DNA of 64,000 nucleotides from Candidatus Nanohaloarchaea archaeon (GTDB lineage Archaea; Nanohalarchaeota; Nanosalinia; Nanosalinales; Nanosalinaceae): NCBI GenBank assembly GCA_042218075.1, contig JBDGRK010000005.1, positions 4,716 to 68,715 of the forward strand, read 5' to 3'. Shown piece by piece: positions 57,208 to 64,000 of this stretch (position 1 is its first letter; each line of letters starts with the position of its first letter). The notes under the pieces were generated by a model. It saw only the letters and a program-made list of their open reading frames with translations, ran no database searches and was not told where the DNA came from. The position numbers and the translations under genes were made by a program.

Positions 57208-58707
57208 TTAGATTTTTAGTTTTCTATTGAGCTTTTCAATCTGTTTCTGGCTGTAACTCTGGAACTTTGGTTCATATCTATAAAATGTCTTAAAGAACCG
57301 GATTACCGTCCAATTTCTCAAATAATATTTATACTTATCTCTAATCACAGTTGTGTCAAATAGTTTCTCCAATTTTGAGGCAGTATCACTATTTTTATTC
57401 TGGATTCTTAGCTCATCTTTGCTAGATATCAAGTTAGATGCTATATTATCTATATTTTGGGATACCTTGACAGGCAATTTTACACCTGAATTAGAATTTC
57501 CTCTCAATCCTACTTTGAACTCCACTTCTTCTTTATTCAATTTCTCCAAAAAAGTTTCTCTAGATTCAAATATTGAATCTAACTTCTCTACAGAAGCAAA
57601 ATCGATTTCATTCTCCCAAGCATAAACCTGATTTTTTGATATACCTAATTCAGATCCTAATTCCTTCTGGTATAGATTATTCCTTTCTCTATAATCTCTA
57701 ATCTCATCACCCAATCCTAGGACCCTTAAATCGCTGATTTTTCCAAGATCAAAGTATGGTAAGTAAAAATTATGATTTCTTCTTCCCCTATAACACAGAG
57801 TCCTGGATCCATTTTTCAGCTTTGAAAAAATATGCTTTTTCTTCCTAGGATGTGCAGATCCAATCTTTTCGCAAAAGTATTCGAAATAATTACCTGAAAT
57901 CCTAATCCTGCCAACACCGTTCCTTTCTCTTCTATTTTTAGTCTCAATTCCCATATACTGAAGATCAGAAACACATTGATCGATAAAATGATCAGTTGCG
58001 GATGTTATTGTTACACGGTTACTTTGAGAAGAAACCGCACCATCTGCATCAAATAAACCCCTCCAATAAGCACCCAGCAATTCTTCATCTTCACTAAAAA
58101 GACTTGGCCGCCTTAATTTTCCTTTTTTATAAGATTCTGGCAACTTGAAAAAATATCTGAGGAACCTACAGAACCATTTATTTGAAACAGTCAGTTGAAT
58201 TTTATTTCCTCTATCTAGAATAGTTATAGATTTTTGAGGTATACCAAATAGTCTTTGAATCTTCATTGACATATCCTCGATAAAATCTCTGGAATGTGAG
58301 ATTTCCGAATCATTCTTTCCTCCGTCCACTAAAGTCCATCTAGATGAGTCAGAGAATCCGCCATCACCAGCAGCCAGACCAGCGAAATAAGCATATTCAT
58401 CTGATCTTAATTCAGAAATAAATCTAGGAGGATCAAATCTTGATTTATCTCCATATCCTGTGATGTAATCTATAGCTTCAGCTAGTTCTTTTGAACTATA
58501 TCTTGTTAAAAAGATTTCCAAAGGCCATAAGTTTCGCTCTTCGCAATTCCTAATTAAATAACCTTCATAATTTTCCAGATCAGTAGAATCAAAATTAAAT
58601 CTAGAGTTAAGCTTAGCGTATGGCTTCTCTCTAAAAGTTTTATCCAAATCTCTAGAGACCGATTCAACTATTTTAAGCTCTCCAGACTCGTAAAATAGCT
58701 CTTCCAT
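57208..58707 (-). CDS. Free-standing LAGLIDADG endonuclease with XRE-type HTH
   Basis: YFAGLAAGDGG, YWRGLFDADG, IRDYRERNNLYQKELGSELGISKNQVYAWEN; strongly AT-rich; basic protein. Confidence 0.88.
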   Translation of the reverse strand: MEELFYESGELKIVESVSRDLDKTFREKPYAKLNSRFNFDSTDLENYEGYLIRNCEERNLWPLEIFLTRYSSKELAEAIDYITGYGDKSRFDPPRFISELRSDEYAYFAGLAAGDGGFSDSSRWTLVDGGKNDSEISHSRDFIEDMSMKIQRLFGIPQKSITILDRGNKIQLTVSNKWFCRFLRYFFKLPESYKKGKLRRPSLFSEDEELLGAYWRGLFDADGAVSSQSNRVTITSATDHFIDQCVSDLQYMGIETKNRRERNGVGRIRISGNYFEYFCEKIGSAHPRKKKHIFSKLKNGSRTLCYRGRRNHNFYLPYFDLGKISDLRVLGLGDEIRDYRERNNLYQKELGSELGISKNQVYAWENEIDFASVEKLDSIFESRETFLEKLNKEEVEFKVGLRGNSNSGVKLPVKVSQNIDNIASNLISSKDELRIQNKNSDTASKLEKLFDTTVIRDKYKYYLRNWTVIRFFKTFYRYEPKFQSYSQKQIEKLNRKLKI

Positions 58708-58821
58708 AATATTTCTAACTTTGAAATATTAAAATACCTGATCCAAAATCTTCCGCTATTCCGGGAGAAAAGAAATAAGGGAAAAATAAAAGAGAGCTAT
58801 CATATTGTACAAGAAGGTTAA

Positions 58822-59196
58822 TCACAGCGAGGATTCAGAGAATTCACCACCTCTCTCAAACATTCTGGCCTGGCTTTCACCCCCATCGACAGAAGAGTTG
58901 TGCCGAACATCCCTCATTTTTTCTTCGTATTCCTGTTCTTGCTCTTCCACTTCTCCTCCATCGGTTGCAACAGGTTTCAGGAAGTCTTTAGTCTGTCTCC
59001 AGTTGGGTAGAGATCTCATTCTCTGCATCATTAATTCATTTCCAACCTCAGCAGACATAACTCCCTCATAGTCGCTATCTGTTTCAGGAGTTACTCTGTA
59101 CTTGCTTCTTCTAGTCTCCTCTACATGGTAACCGTTTCTATCAAACTCTCTCGCCTCTTCTTCAGTGAGATCAAGGTAAACAGAGTTTCCAGCCAT
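58822..59196 (-). CDS. Acidic hypothetical protein with DFxKP..TDGG motif (cassette B)
   Basis: 124 aa from ATG 59196 with GGAG SD; TGATG overlap with the upstream micro-ORF. Confidence 0.7.
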   Translation of the reverse strand: MAGNSVYLDLTEEEAREFDRNGYHVEETRRSKYRVTPETDSDYEGVMSAEVGNELMMQRMRSLPNWRQTKDFLKPVATDGGEVEEQEQEYEEKMRDVRHNSSVDGGESQARMFERGGEFSESSL

Positions 59197-59279
59197 CAAG
59201 ATCTCCCCCAAGAGCTGTTTCTATTCTCGTACTGGTTTTTGACGTTTGCGTCGTGGTTGTGGTGTGTTGTGTTTGTCAT
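59196..59279 (-). CDS. 27-aa leader micro-ORF (MTNTTHHNHDANVKNQYENRNSSWGRS)
   Basis: AGGTGA SD 5 nt upstream; TGATG coupling to the next gene. Confidence 0.55.
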   Translation of the reverse strand: MTNTTHHNHDANVKNQYENRNSSWGRS

Positions 59280-59563
59280 GGTTGTCACCTACAGCAAGAA
59301 GCTGTTCCCGACCTGCCAGGCCAAGAAACAGCGAGAAAACTCTACACAATAAGCAGCAGCACAATCAGGATAATCGAAACTGCACTGAATTCAGATACTT
59401 TCGAAAACAAACCAGAATCCATATTTGAGAAACTAACCGAGCAGAACATGTCCACCCTGGATAAAGCATCCACCCTGCACAAAATATTCACCCGTGGGGG
59501 CCGTGGACAGTGCTTTATGGAACATAGTCGTTAAGTCTCCTCTATTCTTTATAAAACTCAGGT

Positions 59564-60418
59564 TCAGCGCACCTCTCCGGAAAGAAATTCTATAACCCTG
59601 TCGGTTCTGCTCTGAGCCGACTCCAGGTCGAACTCCTCGCCAAGTTGCTCAAACTTTTTCCTGAAAGCTTCTTCGTCGCCTATTATCTCGGAGAGTTCCT
59701 CTGCCGACTCTATAAATCTCTCCCTGACCTCCTCATTCTCGGGATTCTCCGCCTGTATAGAACCGTAGAGCCCGGCTTTTTGATTCAGTATTCTTGCGGT
59801 GAGATCAGTTATAAGCTGGTAGACCGGCGAGGAATAGTTTGAGATTTCCTCGCCAGAAAGATCAGATTTCCTTATAGTCTCCGCGACAACAAGCTCGGAG
59901 AAATGCATCAATCCCTGGACTATAGACATCGCCTCATCGTGAGTCTCCGGATCGGTGATATGTGTTTCCGCCCCTCTGCTCTCCCAGAACTCCTCCATCT
60001 CCGTCCATTTCTTTCCCTTCTCCGGGCACAGCACCACTTTCTGTCCTTCAATAGAATTGGTGGGAGCGTACATAGGATGCATTCCAAGAACCTCATCCGA
60101 GTACTTCTTCATCGCTTCAACCGGTTTCTTCTTCACCGAAGTGATATCGCAGAAGAGAGCGTCTTCAGGCACTTCTTCCCCTACCTCGTGGATCACTTCA
60201 ACGGTCACAGAGATCGGGACCGCCACAATTACAACATCCGCACCCTCCACAACCTCAGAACTTCTACCGTAATCCCAGTCTTCTCCCTCAGCGGCTTCTC
60301 TCGCTTTCTCCAGCGATCTACCTGAAACGGAAACCTCATTATTCTCTTCTAGATGACCGGCGAGATGCTGACCGAACTTTCCCGTCCCTCCAACTATCGC
60401 GACTTTCTTTCCTATCAT
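59564..60418 (-). CDS. tyrA: Prephenate dehydrogenase
   Basis: IVGGTGKFG, DITSVK, GMHPMYAP, HDEAMS.VQGL.H. Confidence 0.95.
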   Translation of the reverse strand: MIGKKVAIVGGTGKFGQHLAGHLEENNEVSVSGRSLEKAREAAEGEDWDYGRSSEVVEGADVVIVAVPISVTVEVIHEVGEEVPEDALFCDITSVKKKPVEAMKKYSDEVLGMHPMYAPTNSIEGQKVVLCPEKGKKWTEMEEFWESRGAETHITDPETHDEAMSIVQGLMHFSELVVAETIRKSDLSGEEISNYSSPVYQLITDLTARILNQKAGLYGSIQAENPENEEVRERFIESAEELSEIIGDEEAFRKKFEQLGEEFDLESAQSRTDRVIEFLSGEVR

Positions 60419-61512
60419 AGATTATCCTCGATAATGTCAAAGCCGCGCTCTATCTGCTGCTTTGAAGTCGAGCCGAAGCATATCCTGACATTCCTATCGC
60501 TTCCCGGACCCATCGGCTCGCCGGGAACCATCGCGACTCCCTCTTCAACCATCTCAAGACAGAAATCCCAGGAATCTCTCCCTATTTCAGGAAAAGTGTA
60601 GATCGCTCCCTCAGGCTCGACAAAATCCCATCCCAGCTCTTCCATTCTCTCGACCACTGAATCTCTCCTTTTCCTGTATGCCTCTCTCATTTCCTCAACA
60701 TGAGAATCGTTTTCAAGCGCCTCTACAGATGCCAGCTGGGAAATTTTTGGAGGAACTGCAGTCGAGGCTCTGCCTACCTTTGCGTAATTCTCAAGATTCT
60801 GAGACTCATCTACCACCCAGCCAACCCTCCATCCTGTCATCGCGTGATTCTTCGAGACAGAACCGATTATGCAGGAGTTATCGGTGAAAGCCGCAGGAGA
60901 GTAATGTTTCCTGCCGAAAGTCAGCCTATGGTAAACTTCGTCGGAGACCAGAAAAGTGCCTGAGTCTTCCGCGACTCTTGCAATTTGCCTCGCCTGTTTT
61001 TCCGAGAGGGTGTAGCCCGTGGGATTGCCTGGTGTATTAACCACCATCAGGTCTGCCTTCTCGATCTCTTCCCTGGCCTCCTCACGGAGCTCCCGGTCCT
61101 CGTTCCAGTACTCTACCTGTCTCCATCTGTTGCCGTTCACTTCGCTTATCATCTTGTAGGGCCCCCAGCAGGGATCGTTGAACAGTGCTTTATTTTCCCT
61201 CCCAAGTCTCGCGGAGAATACTGCGAATAGAGCGCCCATTCCTCCAACTGTAACCAGTACATTTTTCGGGTCTACCTGGATTCCATGCTTACGACTTTCC
61301 TCTCCGGCAACTGCCTCTCTCAGCTCTTCCAGACCCATCATCGGTGAGTAACCCTGTTTTTCCTCCAGCCTTTCTCTTGCTGACTCTTTAATGTGTTGGG
61401 GGGTGTCGAAGCTGGGCTGGCCGATATCAAACCTGACACATTCCTCCTGCTCCGAGGCCTTTTCCGCAATTCTTCTGATCGAAAGATCTATGTTTTCGAT
61501 CCTCTCCCTCAA
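60415..61512 (-). CDS. PLP-dependent class I/II aminotransferase (probable aromatic aminotransferase)
   Basis: IGQP.F, NTPGNPTG, DEVY, SVSKNHAMTGWRVG; located within the phe/tyr operon. Confidence 0.9.
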   Translation of the reverse strand: MRERIENIDLSIRRIAEKASEQEECVRFDIGQPSFDTPQHIKESARERLEEKQGYSPMMGLEELREAVAGEESRKHGIQVDPKNVLVTVGGMGALFAVFSARLGRENKALFNDPCWGPYKMISEVNGNRWRQVEYWNEDRELREEAREEIEKADLMVVNTPGNPTGYTLSEKQARQIARVAEDSGTFLVSDEVYHRLTFGRKHYSPAAFTDNSCIIGSVSKNHAMTGWRVGWVVDESQNLENYAKVGRASTAVPPKISQLASVEALENDSHVEEMREAYRKRRDSVVERMEELGWDFVEPEGAIYTFPEIGRDSWDFCLEMVEEGVAMVPGEPMGPGSDRNVRICFGSTSKQQIERGFDIIEDNL

Positions 61513-62282
61513 CTTTCACTCACCTCGTAGCTCCCTAAAGTCTTCACATCAGCGTAGGTCTCAAGGCATTTCCTTGCTTTTCTGAAATCTGGCGATTCCC
61601 GGCCTGTCTCCGCCTCCACGTAGAAGTAGTAGTTCCCGAGACCGTCCTTAGTGGGCCTCGACTGGATGTATGCAAGATTTATACCGTGGCCGGAAAAACA
61701 GGAGAGTATCGACTCGAGTAGTCCTGGCCGGTCAACCCCAGGATCAAGTATCAGTGAAGTCTTATCTCGCTCTCTCGACTCACCGTTCAGAACCAGGAAC
61801 CTCGTAGTATTGTTTCCCTCATCCTGGAGGTTCTCCTCGATAATATCAAGATTGTTGACCTCGGCGGCTTTCCTCGAGCAGATCGCAGCCTCACCATCCT
61901 CTATCTCCTTTGCGGCTCTGGCAGTTGAGGAGGATTCCCTGGTCTCAAAACTTCTTTCCCTCAGAAAATTGCTGCACTGGGAAAGTGCCTGAGGGTGGGA
62001 AACCACTGCCTCGACATCCTCCATTCTATCATTTGAGGCAAGCACATGGTTCACCTCCAGCCTGACCTCTCCCGTTACGCTGACATCTTTCTGCCTCAGT
62101 AGATCCACTGACTCCCCTACTCCTCCGCCGAGAGAGTTCTCGAAAGGTATGACTGCGGCTTCAGCATCGGTCTCAACCGCCTCTCTGTTAGATGAGCATG
62201 GAACCTCTTCGTAGTCTTCAAAATATCTATCCGCAGCCATGTGTGTGTAGGTCCCTTCGGGACCGAGAAAAGCTACTCTCAT
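61509..62282 (-). CDS. pheA: Prephenate dehydratase
   Basis: FLGPEGTY, PFENS, SHPQALSQC, NTTRF, ACT domain IQSRP. Confidence 0.96.
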   Translation of the reverse strand: MRVAFLGPEGTYTHMAADRYFEDYEEVPCSSNREAVETDAEAAVIPFENSLGGGVGESVDLLRQKDVSVTGEVRLEVNHVLASNDRMEDVEAVVSHPQALSQCSNFLRERSFETRESSSTARAAKEIEDGEAAICSRKAAEVNNLDIIEENLQDEGNNTTRFLVLNGESRERDKTSLILDPGVDRPGLLESILSCFSGHGINLAYIQSRPTKDGLGNYYFYVEAETGRESPDFRKARKCLETYADVKTLGSYEVSES

Positions 62283-62539
62283 TGCCTCTCCCTGTCCAGA
62301 GCCATCTGTATCAGCTTTTCAGCAAACTCTCTTCCTCTCTCCGGCGGGAGATTTCTTTCATCGAAAATGGAGGCAAACTGCTGTTTCACAGCTTCCTCCC
62401 TGCCTTCATCCTTCATCTCCATACCGTTTTTTCTCTTGTACTCCCCTATCTTATCCACAACTTCCATCCTTTCCGCGATTGAATCGGCTATCTCCTGGTT
62501 GATGCGGTCGATCTCCTCTCTGTAGTCTTCAAGACTCAC
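62279..62539 (-). CDS. Chorismate mutase (AroQ type)
   Basis: LEDYREEIDRIN...AER...IGEYK...D.GRE...Q. Confidence 0.92.
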   Translation of the reverse strand: MSLEDYREEIDRINQEIADSIAERMEVVDKIGEYKRKNGMEMKDEGREEAVKQQFASIFDERNLPPERGREFAEKLIQMALDRERQ

Positions 62540-62626
62540 AGCAAAACTCTTCCTCTCCAGTTTTTAAACCTCTTGTTCCGGGGTGAATACTTTTAATCCT
62601 GCTCTATCCAAGTATTCCCGTATTCT

Positions 62627-63391
62627 ATGAGAGTGGAAAAGCTGGGATCGGGAGAGCCGGAATACGCAGTGGTGGCGTGTCTTCACGGCGACGAGCCGTG
62701 TGGAAGGAAAGCAATAGAGAGATTTCTCGCATCTAACCGGGAAGTGGAAAAAGCTGTCAAGCTGATAGTCGCGAACGAAAAAGCGCTGGAGCAAGATAAG
62801 AGATACATCGATGTGGACCTGAACAGGTGCTTTCCCGGCGATCCGGAGAGCTCTAGGCACGAGGAGAAGCTGGCTGCTGATCTAACAGATGAAGTAGAAG
62901 GAATGACGGTTCTGGACCTTCACTCCACTAGATCCTACAGCGGTGTCTTGGTGGCGAATTCCAAGGTGAATGAGGAAAGGATTAAGCTTGCGAAAGCTGC
63001 GGGAGTGGAAAAGATCGCACACCTTGCATTAGAAGATGTCGACTGCATGGAGGAAAGAGTTAAAACAGTCTCAGTGGAGTGCGGACTCCAGAAGTCGGAA
63101 AAAGCCGGGGAAAATGCGCTTGAAGTAATAAAGAACTTCCTTGGATATTTTGGTGTAATAAATCACGATTATCATGTTTCAGAACCTGAAGTATTCAGGA
63201 CATTTGAAACTGTAAGAAAAGGTGATTACACCTTCACGGCAGAGAACTTCAGGAAGGTGGAGCAAGGAGAAGTCTACGCAAAAAAAGGAGAGAAAGAACT
63301 GGAAGCTGAAGAGCCATTTTACCCTGTTTTGATGTCAACAGACGGCTACGAGGAGATACTCGGCCACAAGGCCAGAAAGATGGATATGTAA
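62627..63391 (+). CDS. Succinylglutamate desuccinylase/aspartoacylase-family protein
   Basis: HGDE, DLNRCFPG, LDLHST, VECG. Confidence 0.9.
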   Translation: MRVEKLGSGEPEYAVVACLHGDEPCGRKAIERFLASNREVEKAVKLIVANEKALEQDKRYIDVDLNRCFPGDPESSRHEEKLAADLTDEVEGMTVLDLHSTRSYSGVLVANSKVNEERIKLAKAAGVEKIAHLALEDVDCMEERVKTVSVECGLQKSEKAGENALEVIKNFLGYFGVINHDYHVSEPEVFRTFETVRKGDYTFTAENFRKVEQGEVYAKKGEKELEAEEPFYPVLMSTDGYEEILGHKARKMDM

Positions 63392-63406
63392 GAAACACTG
63401 CCCGCT

Positions 63407-64000
63407 TTAATCCTGTCTTGACTGCTTGGCCCTCTCAGTCTCCATCCTCTGTTCCTTTTCAGAGGTGAGTCTCTTGGCTATCAGGTAGTAGGCCTCTCTC
63501 AGCTTCTTCAGGTCCTCGATCTCGCAGTACTCGTCTTTCCTGTGCACCATCTCCTGGTTCAGACCTATCTCCACGTAGGGAGTACCCTTCTCAGCAAAGT
63601 ATCTGCCGTCGGAAGTTCCCCCTTCCGTAATGTGTTCAGGTTCTCGACCCAGGACTTTCTGGAGTTCTTCAGTAGCTATCTTCCTGAACCTCTGGTCCGT
63701 GAGCTGGTATGCTCCGCCGTGATCAACTTTCGACTCCACCACGACATCAACTTCCAGATCTTCAAGCTCTTCCTCAATCCTCTGCCTGATCTCAAGGGTC
63801 TTTTGCTCGGGCGTGTACCTGATATCCATACCTATGTGGACTTCAGCTGGCAGGCTATTGTAAGTATCATCGCTGGATATTAGTGTCGGAGCAAGCGTTG
63901 GATCAGGAAGCTTCTTGTTTTCCACCTCCAGTTCCATTTCATTTAGGCGTTCCAGAGCCTTCGGAAGCGCCTTCAGCACATTTTTCTCCGCGTCCTCGAC
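63407..64000 (-). CDS. M20 metallopeptidase (DapE/ArgE-like), C-terminal part
   Basis: YNSLP, DIRY, GGTSDGRYF, VH..DEY; start lies beyond the window end. Confidence 0.85.
   Translation of the reverse strand, partial: VEDAEKNVLKALPKALERLNEMELEVENKKLPDPTLAPTLISSDDTYNSLPAEVHIGMDIRYTPEQKTLEIRQRIEEELEDLEVDVVVESKVDHGGAYQLTDQRFRKIATEELQKVLGREPEHITEGGTSDGRYFAEKGTPYVEIGLNQEMVHRKDEYCEIEDLKKLREAYYLIAKRLTSEKEQRMETERAKQSRQD

Noticed and set aside
1-64000. CRISPR array, rRNA, IS transposase or provirus
   Set aside because: No regularly spaced repeats, rRNA signatures, transposase, integrase or capsid genes seen.

Overview
Chromosomal window from a halophilic DPANN archaeon, most likely Nanohaloarchaeota. 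This is inferred from the very acidic proteome, archaeal information genes, dense packing and many apparently leaderless genes with a TATA-like box about 25 nt upstream of the ATG. From left to right it holds: a surface-protein cluster, including a secreted fibre-like protein ending in a phage-type autocleaving chaperone domain; a decayed AbrB/PIN module next to an intron-containing tRNA-Phe; deoxyhypusine synthase; a glycogen/upper-glycolysis cluster; a TumE/TumA-like TA pair; two MinD paralogues; leuS; ftsZ-secE-spt5-uL11-uL1-uL10-(3 inserted genes)-P1/L12-alaS; the S-layer gene; an FeS-less (6-4) photolyase; rtcA; tyrS; serS; ilvE; topA with a 533-aa intein; a free-standing LAGLIDADG gene; and a chorismate mutase-pheA-aminotransferase-tyrA operon. 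The signals least explained by known features are four. (1) Two homologous cassettes flank topA/LAGLIDADG, each with TTTATAAA, a structured leader, a shared AGAGTTT(T)CTCG motif plus hairpin, an SD-led micro-ORF and a coupled acidic protein with a DFxKP..TDGG motif. (2) Two homologous ~78-nt cloverleaf-like elements lie upstream of tyrS and serS. (3) Three structured spacers occur in the secE-uL10 operon. (4) uL10 has lost its factor-binding tail and carries an extra domain instead. All calls come from reading the sequence by eye; no searches or folding programs were run.
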